Below, in pieces: positions 9,864 through 19,121 of a stretch of DNA of 57,863 nucleotides. Within the stretch, counting starts at the first letter, position 1; each line of letters begins with the position of its first letter. This DNA is from a virus (lineage: Duplodnaviria; Caudoviricetes): positions 1 through 57,863 of IMG/VR virus record IMGVR_UViG_3300037191_001144; one strand, given 5' to 3'. A model generated the notes under the pieces. That model saw only the letters and a list, made by a program, of their open reading frames with translations. It was not told the origin of the DNA and did no database searches. The position numbers and the translations under genes are program-made.

Positions 9864-10352
9864 CTACCAGAGAGCGATTATATCCAAGTACGTAGAACCC
9901 GACCATAAGCGCGTAACCTGAATAGGGAGAAAGGCTCCCGCTGGGACTAGCTTAAATACGCTCTTGCTCCCCCCTGCCATCGTTACCGTAATATTAGCTG
10001 CCGTAGAATGACCTGCATATAACACCGCACCCTTCGTCGCTTCGTTATATATAGCAAAAGTCTGGCCTGTGGTTATTACATCCTTACTTAACACCAAGGT
10101 GTCGTTAGGGTTTGTAGTGGTAGCAAACGCTGTCACGTATGCCGCGTCCTCACTACTCGCCGTTGTGTTATATACAATAGCTCCTGACAAAACCCCTAAA
10201 GCCAGAAAGTCTTTGGTGTCGTCGACTAGGTTATCAGCAAGAGTACCAGAAGTAGTCCCGCTAGTAACAAAAGTAGTAGGGTTAGGGATGTCTACCGTAT
10301 CCGAGGGGATAGGGGCGAAAGAGGAACTTGCTTGTAATTTTTGATATGCCAT
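9864..10352 (-). CDS. Putative virion structural protein, paralog of 10370-11104
   Basis: Start reassigned to MAYQKLQ (10352); shares N- and C-termini (..DIIALW) with its neighbour. Confidence 0.65.
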   Translation of the reverse strand: MAYQKLQASSSFAPIPSDTVDIPNPTTFVTSGTTSGTLADNLVDDTKDFLALGVLSGAIVYNTTASSEDAAYVTAFATTTNPNDTLVLSKDVITTGQTFAIYNEATKGAVLYAGHSTAANITVTMAGGSKSVFKLVPAGAFLPIQVTRLWSGSTYLDIIALW

Positions 10353-10369
10353 ATTATTTATTTTTTTTG

Positions 10370-11104
10370 CTACCAGAGAGCTATTATATCTGTTGGAGCA
10401 GAGCTCGTTCCCCATACACGCTTTACCTGAAGTGGCAAATAAGCTCCTGTAGGAACACCTTTAAATGTATCTACAGTATTTGAGGCCATTGTTAATTTAA
10501 TATTTTGAGCGGCTCCGCCTGAGTATAGCACGGCAGCATCTGTAGCTTCGTTATATATCTGAAAGGCGTCTGTTGCGCCCGCTGCAGTGACGGGAGAGAT
10601 AGCGAGCTCCGTAGCAGAAACTACCGATGTGATAGTGTACGCTACAGAACCTCCAGTATTATATACTATAGCTCCAGGAAGGATTCCCGCAGTAGTAGCT
10701 AAAGAACAGACAGGCAGCGTTAATGTCCCCGCTACAGAAAAGTCTCCTGACGAAACTTTAAGTAGAGTAGGAGAGCATATCTTATAAGGGGCTGACCCTG
10801 GAGAGGTAGGCATTATATCTTTATCTATAAATAATCCATTATAAGGAGCGACAGGAGCTATAGTAACAATAGCAGTTTCCAAAGTCGTTAAGTTTGTAAG
10901 TTTGTCTCCCACCTCTACGTTAATAAAAGGAGTAGTGCTAAAGTCTATGATAACTGAGATACCAAGAAGACTAGTTCCCGCCGCCCCCTCGGCAGTCTTA
11001 GTCTCCTGCATTATAGTTAGCGCAGAAGTAGGGTTTGGTATATCCACAGTATTCGAAGGGATAACGTCTAAAGCGCTGCTGACCTGTAGTTTTTGATATG
11101 CCAT
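10370..11104 (-). CDS. Putative virion structural protein
   Basis: T/A/S/G-rich beta-type composition; paralog of 9864-10352. Confidence 0.65.
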   Translation of the reverse strand: MAYQKLQVSSALDVIPSNTVDIPNPTSALTIMQETKTAEGAAGTSLLGISVIIDFSTTPFINVEVGDKLTNLTTLETAIVTIAPVAPYNGLFIDKDIMPTSPGSAPYKICSPTLLKVSSGDFSVAGTLTLPVCSLATTAGILPGAIVYNTGGSVAYTITSVVSATELAISPVTAAGATDAFQIYNEATDAAVLYSGGAAQNIKLTMASNTVDTFKGVPTGAYLPLQVKRVWGTSSAPTDIIALW

Positions 11105-11106
11105 TT

Positions 11107-11310
11107 TTATTTATTATAGGGGACAGCCTTGTTTAAGGCCTCACGTCTTTTACCACAATTACACGGCTTCTTAGTTACCTCAGAGATTTTTTCCACCACA
11201 GCCTTAATACCTGTAGCAGTAGTTATCTTTTCGATAGTATCTCCGAGTCCCTGAGAAATCATTTCTTTCTGCGGTCTGTGATTATTGCATTGATTAGAAC
11301 ATCTATCCAT
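11107..11310 (-). CDS. Small phage protein (GLGDTIEK...CxC motif)
   Basis: Motif GLGDTIEKITTATGIK...PCNCGKRREALN; start may be the internal Met (MISQG). Confidence 0.6.
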   Translation of the reverse strand: MDRCSNQCNNHRPQKEMISQGLGDTIEKITTATGIKAVVEKISEVTKKPCNCGKRREALNKAVPYNK

Positions 11311-11416
11311 CCAAATACTTTATTGTCAGCCTCCGAAGGCGTTAAGTTTACAATTACCTTTGCTAGCGCCATTACAGCAACGAGGAGAGCTCCCCAGTTA
11401 TTTAATATAAAATCTA

Positions 11417-11656
11417 TCATAGTTCTTTATTTACTGATTTCATCATTTTCTTTCCTAACCTATTCTCTTTTCTTTCCGTTCTATTTTCCTGCCTGATCTC
11501 TTTCTTTACTTCCCTCTTTATTTGCCTCCCTTGTTTATTAAACGCTCTCTTTTCCTGACGGGCTTTTTTATTGGACGCTCTATCCTTTTGTCTCTCTTTC
11601 TTTTTTACAGGGTCCCCATATGTAGGGGCTAATGGTGTTGCTAAATTTCTTTTCAT
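11417..11656 (-). CDS. Highly basic small protein
   Basis: K/R-rich; -7 box TATATTTG (11661-11668) 4 nt before ATG. Confidence 0.6.
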   Translation of the reverse strand: MKRNLATPLAPTYGDPVKKKERQKDRASNKKARQEKRAFNKQGRQIKREVKKEIRQENRTERKENRLGKKMMKSVNKEL

Positions 11657-11672
11657 TTTACAAATATAAGTA

Positions 11673-12032
11673 TTATTTACAAGAAGGATCTCGACGTCTT
11701 TGACGCTGGTTGTTTCTTTTCTTGGTGAAATTACAACTCGCCTTCTCTGCCTTGGTTTTCTTATTCCTATTCTTCGGCGGCTTCTTGCGCTTATTAGGAT
11801 CCCAAACCTTCGGCTTTTTAACCTTAGGAGTCTTGGGCTTTAAATTTGATATCTTTTTAAGGATCTTTTTCTCCCTCTTATACACAGGCACCGTAGAAAC
11901 CCCCCCCCCTAAGTCACGAGGGTTAGAGTAGTTGAGAACTCTTCGAGTCCCTACTTGGGTATCCCCACGCTTAAGCGCTCTAGCATGAGCCCTTGCCGCC
12001 CGATTTGCGAGTCTTGTTTTTTTGTTTGGCAT
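11673..12032 (-). CDS. Highly basic protein
   Basis: Start reassigned to MPNKK (12032), 4 nt after -7 box TACATTTG (12037-12044). Confidence 0.6.
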   Translation of the reverse strand: MPNKKTRLANRAARAHARALKRGDTQVGTRRVLNYSNPRDLGGGVSTVPVYKREKKILKKISNLKPKTPKVKKPKVWDPNKRKKPPKNRNKKTKAEKASCNFTKKRNNQRQRRRDPSCK

Positions 12033-12076
12033 ATTACAAATGTACAACTATATTTTTTTGGACAAAAACAGGGAAA

Positions 12077-12331
12077 TTACCTTTTAGATTTTTTCCCAAC
12101 ACACTTCCACCTCTTGCGAGATAAATTGTTTGGGCTGTTAGGATTGTTTCTCTTACCTATAGGCAACCCCATTTTTATCCCATAGCTTCTTGCACAATAA
12201 GCATCCCCCTTTGACGTACCAGGCTTTACTCTTGGACCACCACCTTTAGCTTTGCCCGCTTGACCATAGCTAACCTTCTTGCCGCTTGCGGTAATTTTTA
12301 CTTTAGCTTTTCCTTTCCTGGGAGTTGCCAT
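12077..12331 (-). CDS. Basic phage protein (YCARS...RKRWKC motif)
   Basis: K/G-rich with a motif recurrent in aquatic phage proteins (recollection). Confidence 0.65.
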   Translation of the reverse strand: MATPRKGKAKVKITASGKKVSYGQAGKAKGGGPRVKPGTSKGDAYCARSYGIKMGLPIGKRNNPNSPNNLSRKRWKCVGKKSKR

Positions 12332-12450
12332 TACTTCTTGTGAGTATACCCTTTCTTTTTTAAAGACAAGTGCTGCTTAAGGGTAGAGGCGACTTTTTTA
12401 ATTCCCGCCTTACTATACATGTTATGTATTTTAAATTTCTTGATAGCCAT
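12331..12450 (-). CDS. 39-aa basic protein (not in ORF track)
   Basis: MAIKKFKIHNMYSKAG...GYTHKK; -7 box TATTTTTG 4 nt upstream; TAATG coupling to next gene. Confidence 0.55.
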   Translation of the reverse strand: MAIKKFKIHNMYSKAGIKKVASTLKQHLSLKKKGYTHKK

Positions 12451-12468
12451 AAGACAAAAATAGCAAAA

Positions 12469-13704
12469 TTAATATAACACAGTAATTGTTCCATTGAACT
12501 CGAACACGCCTGCGTTCATAGAGCTGTGAGCTGTTATAGTATATACGTACACTCCTGCCGCAACGTTTGCGTCCCACTCGTCTAAGTTAGAGGCACTAAT
12601 CCAAACAACCTCCCCCCATCTATTGTATATACGGGTTTCCCATTGATCCCAACAAGCGCCGTCCGCAAACACACCCCATGTATCATTCCACCCATCATCG
12701 TTTGGGGTTACAACATTTGGGGCAAAGATGGAAGTCTCACTACAAGGGAAGTCTTGGTTGCAAGTTTCCCCCGTTTCACAATCTATATATATAGACTCAG
12801 CAACAAACTCGGTTATCGTGTCTGTATTGTAGACGTATATATTCTCATACACTACCGTCTCGACGTACATAGTATCGGTTAAATAAATGTACTGAAGCTC
12901 TATTACCTGTACAGTATCTGGCGGTAATTGGACATATTCTATTAACGTGTCCACTTCATACATATACTCTACTATCTCGACAGTGTCTAACAGAACAACG
13001 GTGTCCCCAGGTAGATATATATAATCCGTTAACCAAAGAGTGTCCGTAGTTACCCACTCAACATCTACGTATTCTATTATAGTATCAGTAAGATATTCAA
13101 CAACATCTACATACACGGTGTCACACGCAGGAAGAGCACAGTTGAGGGCTAAATTGTTGGAAAGATCTACGTCAGGATAGTTCTGAGTCTGAGCCGCAAC
13201 GTTAGGGTTTACGGCCCAACCTCCTATAGATGTGGTAGAGGTTTGTGATAAGTTAATCTGCCATACAACGACCTCAGTGCATAGCGTATCGTTGGATAGC
13301 ATATCAGCCCAACAGTCGTTAGTAGAGCTATTATAATCATACACATTAGCACTCCACGTGTCACCACTTTCTAGTACCTGATTCCCAAATAGGGTAAACA
13401 CCTTAAACGTCCAGCCTGGGTGATTGACTCCAGTTAAGCAATCCATCCAATTGTAATCTAAGCCAGGAGAGTGCAGCCCTAAAACTATATGTGATACTGT
13501 TGTGTTGTTCGCAACATGAGGGCTCCCGCTAGCCTCACAAGAGCTCCCTTCAACGGTAAACTCATTACACCCACAGTTCTCACTGTTGAGAGCCTCGATA
13601 ACTATATCCCCAGTAATAGCATCCCAACTGCTTATACCCACATCGCACTGAGAGAAAAGTGCGCTAGAAAAAAGAGAAAAGAAAAGAAAGAGTTTTATCC
13701 TCAT
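12469..13704 (-). CDS. Secreted protein with T9SS type-B (gliding motility-associated, CHU_C) C-terminal sorting domain
   Basis: Sec signal peptide; DT(V/I/L)-rich repeats; C-terminal IFAPNVVTPNDDGWNDTW...IYNRWGEVV...WD...GVYVYTI...GTITVLY. Confidence 0.8.
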   Translation of the reverse strand: MRIKLFLFFSLFSSALFSQCDVGISSWDAITGDIVIEALNSENCGCNEFTVEGSSCEASGSPHVANNTTVSHIVLGLHSPGLDYNWMDCLTGVNHPGWTFKVFTLFGNQVLESGDTWSANVYDYNSSTNDCWADMLSNDTLCTEVVVWQINLSQTSTTSIGGWAVNPNVAAQTQNYPDVDLSNNLALNCALPACDTVYVDVVEYLTDTIIEYVDVEWVTTDTLWLTDYIYLPGDTVVLLDTVEIVEYMYEVDTLIEYVQLPPDTVQVIELQYIYLTDTMYVETVVYENIYVYNTDTITEFVAESIYIDCETGETCNQDFPCSETSIFAPNVVTPNDDGWNDTWGVFADGACWDQWETRIYNRWGEVVWISASNLDEWDANVAAGVYVYTITAHSSMNAGVFEFNGTITVLY

Positions 13705-16190
13705 GGCGTATCATCTGTTATAATCCACCCCCTACTTATCATAGCGTTCCTTGAGGTGAGGCCTCCTTTTGCAGCTATCGCCAAAGCAAAGTCCGCAGAC
13801 ATATTAGAGGTGTTAGCCGCGTTCCACGTTGCAAGAATCTGATTGTACTCCCCTCCAGTAAGGGTGTTTACCGTGCTAGTTAAAATTCCACTTAGAGCTC
13901 CTGTTCCCGTAGCCTGAGTAATATCCCAGTACCTCATACTAGCATATACAGAAGATGGTAAAACCGTAGTGGATAAGAAAAAATCGCTCAAGTCTGTTGC
14001 ACTAGAAGTATCTAACGACCCAGAAGCAGGCCACGTTACACTCGTTAGATAATAGCACTCACCGAAAAACCACTTCATATCCGTAACGTTGGAGGTATTC
14101 CAATTAGACAAGTCAATAGAGGTGATCTCTGATCTATAGAACATAGATTGCATATCTGTAACATCATCAACGTCCCAGTTGGTAACATCTATAGTAGCTA
14201 TTTTTAATCCGATAAACGTAGATCTGCACAGTAATAAAGAAGAGGTGTTCCAATTCGAAACATCTAAGACGCTTAACGTACCAACATTACCTACATACTG
14301 AAACGTTTGTCGCATATCCGTTACATTTGAAACATTCCAACTTGAGACATCTAACAGGGAGAGATCATAACAATTTTGAAAGGTTCTAAGCAGACTAGTA
14401 ACGAGACCCGTATTCCAATTAGATACATTCAAGGAGATAAGGTCTCCACAGGAAGCAAACGAATCTATCATGCTCGTTACGCTCGACACGTCCCATCCCG
14501 AGACATCTATAGTAGTTAACACACTACAGGATTGAAAGACGTAATCCATACCTACTAAAGAGGAGGTGTTCCAGTTTGTAGCCCCCGTAGCTCCGAGAGA
14601 GGTAAGGGAGGTGCAGTTTCTAAACATACGGGTGATATCGGTTACATTAGTCATAACCCAAGAAGAAACATCTATAGTAGTAAGAGAATTGCAATCATTA
14701 AACGCGGCTGACGTGTCAAGCATACTCGTGGAGACACCCCAAGTAGATACGTCTAATACAGTCAAGTCATAACACTGAGAAAACATAGAATCTATAGTAG
14801 TACAGCTAGACATATCCCAACCCGAGACGTCTAACGTAGTAAGAGAATTACAACCATTAAACATTAGATCTGCCAACCCTAAAAGAGGAGTACTCCAAAG
14901 GGCCGTGTCTATAGTAGTAAGAGAAGTACAATTATAAAACATTGAACCAACATCAGTTACTGTAGACATATCCCATCCCGCAACATCGGCACTCACCAAG
15001 TTTGCACAACTTGAAAAAGCTTCATGAGCATCTTCTAGGCTGTCTGTTTGCCACAGAGAACAAGGGGCCGTAGTTATAGTAGTACACGATCTGACAAAAC
15101 CATCTAAAGAAATTACCTCACGCACGTCCCATGCCTCCACCTTTAGGCTTGTCAAAACGGTACAGTACCCAAACATATTACCAACATCAATTACTGTAGA
15201 CATATCCCAAAGGGCCGTATCTATTTCTGTTAACTGTTCACAACTCTGGAATAGAGACCTCATTCTTTTTACCCCACTAACATCCCAGTCAGATACGTCT
15301 AGAGTTGTAAAGGAAGAACAGTTCTTAAAGAGACTGCTTAAATTTTTATTAACAACAGGATTTGTAAAGCGCCACCCACTCACATCTATATTCCCTAAAC
15401 TTACGCAGCCGTTAAAGCAGGACTCCATATTAATCATGCTGCTCAGAGTCCAGTTAGACACATCTATAGACGTGAGGCCAGAGTTACTGAACATAAATCC
15501 TGCAGCACTCAAATTAGAGACGTCCCAAGCAGAGGCGTCCACGGTAGTGAGGCTAGAGCAGGTACGGAAAGCGCTGACCATGGTGGTTACTATACTCATA
15601 TCCCAGTCGGAGGTATCTATAGTAGACAAAGAAGTACAACTGGAGAAGGTAGAGTTCATGGTGGTTACTATACTCATATCCCAGTCGGAGGTATTTATAG
15701 TAGACAAAGAAGTACAATTGTAGAAGGCAGAGTTCATATTTGTCGATTCCTGAGTTAACGTATCTGTAGCGGTACAATCTAAGTTTGTACACCCCTGGAA
15801 CCAACCCGAAGCAAACCCTGTAGTAAAGGTCCCCCAGTTAGAGACGTTGAGTATCTTTAGCTTATCCCCTGTATTACTAAAGGCCCAGACCTTAATAACT
15901 CCAAATATTGTTATATCGTACTGACCCGCCGCATCATACGTATGCTTCGCCTGAGAAGCAGACGTAATAGTTTCTGAAGTACCATCCCCCCAAGTGACAA
16001 CAAAGTCGTATGTACCATAAGATTTTAGAGGAAGGGTAATATTATCCGCAGCCGAGCTGCCAGTAGAAACATTAGAAGTCTCCCAAGTAGAGCGGAATCC
16101 CTGAGGTCCGTCTCCGCCGCCTCCAGGGTCGCCCCCGCCGCCACTAGTTGTCCCTGAATCTATCGCTATACGTGTTGCTATTCCGAGCAT
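13701..16190 (-). CDS. BspA-like/DUF285 26-residue repeat surface or receptor-binding protein
   Basis: Many W(D/N)(V/T/M)SxVTxMxxMFxxCxxLxxxD repeats after a PKD-like VTWGDG domain. Confidence 0.82.
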   Translation of the reverse strand: MLGIATRIAIDSGTTSGGGGDPGGGGDGPQGFRSTWETSNVSTGSSAADNITLPLKSYGTYDFVVTWGDGTSETITSASQAKHTYDAAGQYDITIFGVIKVWAFSNTGDKLKILNVSNWGTFTTGFASGWFQGCTNLDCTATDTLTQESTNMNSAFYNCTSLSTINTSDWDMSIVTTMNSTFSSCTSLSTIDTSDWDMSIVTTMVSAFRTCSSLTTVDASAWDVSNLSAAGFMFSNSGLTSIDVSNWTLSSMINMESCFNGCVSLGNIDVSGWRFTNPVVNKNLSSLFKNCSSFTTLDVSDWDVSGVKRMRSLFQSCEQLTEIDTALWDMSTVIDVGNMFGYCTVLTSLKVEAWDVREVISLDGFVRSCTTITTAPCSLWQTDSLEDAHEAFSSCANLVSADVAGWDMSTVTDVGSMFYNCTSLTTIDTALWSTPLLGLADLMFNGCNSLTTLDVSGWDMSSCTTIDSMFSQCYDLTVLDVSTWGVSTSMLDTSAAFNDCNSLTTIDVSSWVMTNVTDITRMFRNCTSLTSLGATGATNWNTSSLVGMDYVFQSCSVLTTIDVSGWDVSSVTSMIDSFASCGDLISLNVSNWNTGLVTSLLRTFQNCYDLSLLDVSSWNVSNVTDMRQTFQYVGNVGTLSVLDVSNWNTSSLLLCRSTFIGLKIATIDVTNWDVDDVTDMQSMFYRSEITSIDLSNWNTSNVTDMKWFFGECYYLTSVTWPASGSLDTSSATDLSDFFLSTTVLPSSVYASMRYWDITQATGTGALSGILTSTVNTLTGGEYNQILATWNAANTSNMSADFALAIAAKGGLTSRNAMISRGWIITDDTP
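15579..15737. repeat. Near-perfect 78-bp tandem duplication (one 26-aa repeat)
   Basis: CATGGTGGTTACTATACTCATATCCCAGTCGGAGGTAT... starts at 15579 and at 15657. Confidence 0.9.
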
Positions 16191-16543
16191 GTCCCGTAGT
16201 TAGATAAAAAAGTTAATAAATCGTTTACATCCACAAAACCGTCCTCATTGAAGTCCCCTACACAAGACGGGAGAAGACAAGACGGATAAGATGGGTGTTC
16301 TGTAAGTAAAGGGTATACAAACCCATCCCCGTTCAGAACAAAAGTAGTACCTATGTCAGCACAAAGTATAATACTATAACCCCCAGTAGGTAACCCAAAG
16401 TAATGAGCGCCTCCATCACAGTCTTGATATTGAAAGCTTGTCCACTTTTCCGCTCCAACAGAAGTAAAGACATGTTGGTTGCACTGAGATAAGAGCGAGA
16501 CAGATAACAGAAGATATAGTATAAGTAAGAATATAGATCGCAT
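16178..16543 (-). CDS. Secreted protein with C-terminal dockerin/EF-hand-like motif
   Basis: Signal peptide; CVGDFNEDGFVDVNDLLTFLSNYG. Confidence 0.65.
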   Translation of the reverse strand: MRSIFLLILYLLLSVSLLSQCNQHVFTSVGAEKWTSFQYQDCDGGAHYFGLPTGGYSIILCADIGTTFVLNGDGFVYPLLTEHPSYPSCLLPSCVGDFNEDGFVDVNDLLTFLSNYGTCSE

Positions 16544-16549
16544 TTGGGA

Positions 16550-16567
16550 TATCTTTGTACAAAGATA
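16550..16567. promoter_or_regulatory. Perfect 18-bp palindrome made of two opposed -7 boxes
   Basis: TATCTTTG-TA-CAAAGATA between divergent genes. Confidence 0.7.
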
Positions 16568-16578
16568 AACTATTATTT

Positions 16579-17061
16579 ATGAGAAAAGAAAGAGAAGGGA
16601 TAGTCCGCCAGAACTATAATCGAATAGAACCTAATAACGACTACCTAAAATATTACCGAGTAGTGAGGGGGTGGGCCAAGGCACAGTACGGACTCGGGAC
16701 CGCAGACCTAGAGATGTTATACTTCCTACACAGCGAGCAGGTATTTAAAAAGGAAAACTTTAAAGAGTACGAGCAGATGATGAGCTGGGATAAGAATAGG
16801 TTTCAGAGGCTACTACGGGAGGGGTGGATACAGACGTGGAGAGAAGGAAGAAGGGGACAGGCCGCACTGTACGATATCTCTCACAAGGGGAGGGCCGTAG
16901 TAAATACTATATACAGAAAACTTAACGGACAAGAGATAGCGGAAACCCAGATAGGGAATCCGCTATTCAAAACAGACGTGACCTATATGAGAAAAATATA
17001 TAGGAACGCAGTACGGGAGATGAATAAATTTATAAGACAACGACGACGTCGCGCTCTGTAA
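16579..17061 (+). CDS. Putative winged-helix DNA-binding protein
   Basis: Start reassigned to ATG 16579; MarR-like pattern RLLREGWIQ...ALYDISHKGR. Confidence 0.5.
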   Translation: MRKEREGIVRQNYNRIEPNNDYLKYYRVVRGWAKAQYGLGTADLEMLYFLHSEQVFKKENFKEYEQMMSWDKNRFQRLLREGWIQTWREGRRGQAALYDISHKGRAVVNTIYRKLNGQEIAETQIGNPLFKTDVTYMRKIYRNAVREMNKFIRQRRRRAL

Positions 17062-17287
17062 TTATAGTATATGACTCGTTATGAATAAGCATAGAGTGTC
17101 CCGCATGTCTGTCGTAGTATATGCTGTCCTTGGACTTTATTTCCTGGACCCCATCGCCTGTCTGGACTACCTCTCCTTTTTTATACCTAAAAGAATTGGC
17201 GTCCTCGTTAGAAAGGATAAGTCCTGACTTAGTCTTTATCTCCTCCTCGATAGCTTTAATTAAAATATATTTTCCTACTGGCTTCAT
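17030..17287 (-). CDS. groES: Co-chaperonin GroES
   Basis: MKPVGKYILI...TKSGLIL...GEVVQTG...ITERDVVVVL; coupled to groEL. Confidence 0.88.
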   Translation of the reverse strand: MKPVGKYILIKAIEEEIKTKSGLILSNEDANSFRYKKGEVVQTGDGVQEIKSKDSIYYDRHAGHSMLIHNESYTIITERDVVVVL

Positions 17288-18870
17288 GCTCGTGCGTGTG
17301 TTACAATTGCGTTAGTACTTAAGATAGTAGTCGCTACACTCACCGCGTTGCGGAGGGCGTGCTTAGTTACTTTCAATGGATCTATAATCCCCATCTCGTA
17401 CATATCCCCAGCACACTCGTTCTTGACGTCGTACCCCCAGCTATCGTTCTTCGCGTTATGGAGAAGGGACGAAGGCTTGCCCGCGTTCTCTAAGATCTGT
17501 ACCGCAGGAGCCGAGAGAGTATGTTGTAGGATAGCGGTAGCCGCATCCTTATTCTTCCCACTGATAGGTGAATCCCCTAAGGCCATGCCCTCGTTATATA
17601 ACGCGAGGCCCCCACCTGGAAGGATACCCTCCTGAAGGGCCGAGCGCACCGCGCAGACCGCATCGTCCACCCTGTCGAACTTCTCCTTCTGCTCTATGTC
17701 CGAGACTCCCCCAACATATATACACCCTATACCGCCAGCTAAACTCGCTATACGGGAGTTGATAAAGTCACGCTCCCCCTTGTTCTTAGTACTAGACTGC
17801 TGCTCCTTGAGCTGCTCGATCCGAGTAGAGATCTCATCCGTGACCTGGTTGCTCTTGATAAGTACCGCACTCTCCTTCCCCACTATAGCCTTGTCCGCGT
17901 GACCGAGGTCCCCAAGGTTTATAAGGGAGAGATCGTCTCCCGTCTTCTCACTGAAATATTTTGCACCTACCGCAAGGGCGATGTCTTGCATGAGCTCATG
18001 CTGGCGGAACCCAAAACTCGGCGGGGGGACAGCACACAGCTGTAACCCATTACGCGCAACGTTGGCCGCTAAAGTGTTCACTACGTTCCCACTACACGGA
18101 GCAATAAGCAGAAGCTTCAGCCCTCCCTTGATAATAGGCTCGAGCACCGTCTGGATCTGGAGTACGTTGTTAACCTCGTGGTCACACACCAGAACACGCA
18201 CATCCTCTAAGACACACTCATCCTTCTTGTGGTTGTTGATGAAAAGATTGGACGAGTACCCACGGTCCATGCGGATACCCGTCGTGACCTCAGCATACGT
18301 CTTGTCCGTTTGGGAACGCTCGACAGTAACAATACCGTCTGACCCGACCTCGTTATATGCAGAGGCTATAATCTTCCCTAGCTCCTTGTCATTATTGGCA
18401 GAGATAGTAGCAACGTCTAAAAGACGAGACTTAGTAATCTTCTTGGACTTCTTCTCTAGACGAGCAATCACCTGCTCACTAAGGTCCTGGATAAATCGAA
18501 TCACCTCCGTCTTGTTATGATCAGGAGAGATGTACTTCATCCCAGCCTTGACTAACGCCTCCGTTAATACGATCGCCGTAGTAGTCCCGTCCCCCGCTAC
18601 ACTAGCAGTCTTCTCCGAGGCCTGCTTCATCATGCGAACCGCTAAGTTCTCTACCGCGTCGTTGAGGTCTATACTCCGAGCTACAGTGACGCCGTCCTTT
18701 GTGACAGTCATACCCTGTAAATGGTCCGTAGACTCTATAAGAACAGTCTGGCCACGAGGACCTAACGTACTCTTCACTGCCTTGGATAGCGTAGTGATAC
18801 CGTTAATAAGTTTTGTGCGGGCCTCGTCGTCGAAGCACAGTTCCTTTGGGATGTATCCTAACTCACTCAT
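17284..18870 (-). CDS. groEL: Chaperonin GroEL
   Basis: AVKSTLGPRG, VTKDGVTVA, AGDGTTTA, GILPGGG, GIIDPLKV. Confidence 0.97.
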   Translation of the reverse strand: MSELGYIPKELCFDDEARTKLINGITTLSKAVKSTLGPRGQTVLIESTDHLQGMTVTKDGVTVARSIDLNDAVENLAVRMMKQASEKTASVAGDGTTTAIVLTEALVKAGMKYISPDHNKTEVIRFIQDLSEQVIARLEKKSKKITKSRLLDVATISANNDKELGKIIASAYNEVGSDGIVTVERSQTDKTYAEVTTGIRMDRGYSSNLFINNHKKDECVLEDVRVLVCDHEVNNVLQIQTVLEPIIKGGLKLLLIAPCSGNVVNTLAANVARNGLQLCAVPPPSFGFRQHELMQDIALAVGAKYFSEKTGDDLSLINLGDLGHADKAIVGKESAVLIKSNQVTDEISTRIEQLKEQQSSTKNKGERDFINSRIASLAGGIGCIYVGGVSDIEQKEKFDRVDDAVCAVRSALQEGILPGGGLALYNEGMALGDSPISGKNKDAATAILQHTLSAPAVQILENAGKPSSLLHNAKNDSWGYDVKNECAGDMYEMGIIDPLKVTKHALRNAVSVATTILSTNAIVTHARA

Positions 18871-18892
18871 GTAGATTTAATTTAATTTCACC

Positions 18893-18900
18893 CAAAGGTA
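18893..18900 (-). promoter_or_regulatory. -7 promoter element (TACCTTTG) for groEL-groES
   Basis: TAnnTTTG upstream of the AT-rich groEL leader. Confidence 0.6.
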
Positions 18901-18920
18901 CAACACTAAACCTAAATACT

Positions 18921-19116
18921 ACTATGACAGAATGTCGAAAATAACTCCCCCTATATATATATATATAAAACTATTGTGGAGAGTGTAAAAAAAATCCTAC
19001 AAAAGTGGGAACAAATCGACATTTCGACATAATTTCCCTTAACTATCTTATTACTATATCTTTAGACTAAATAAAATCGACATAAAAACGACATAGAAAT
19101 GACAGTTATCGACATA
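18921..19116. repeat. Iteron-like element copy 1 (CGACAT repeats plus (AT)n tract), putative origin
   Basis: Five CGACAT plus one inverted copy and an (AT)n run; same layout as 30041-30226. Confidence 0.6.
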
Positions 19117-19121
19117 ATAAA

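Noticed and set aside
15579-15737. 78-bp repeat as a diversity-generating retroelement TR/VR pair
   Set aside because: Adjacent in-frame protein repeat; no reverse transcriptase gene in the window.
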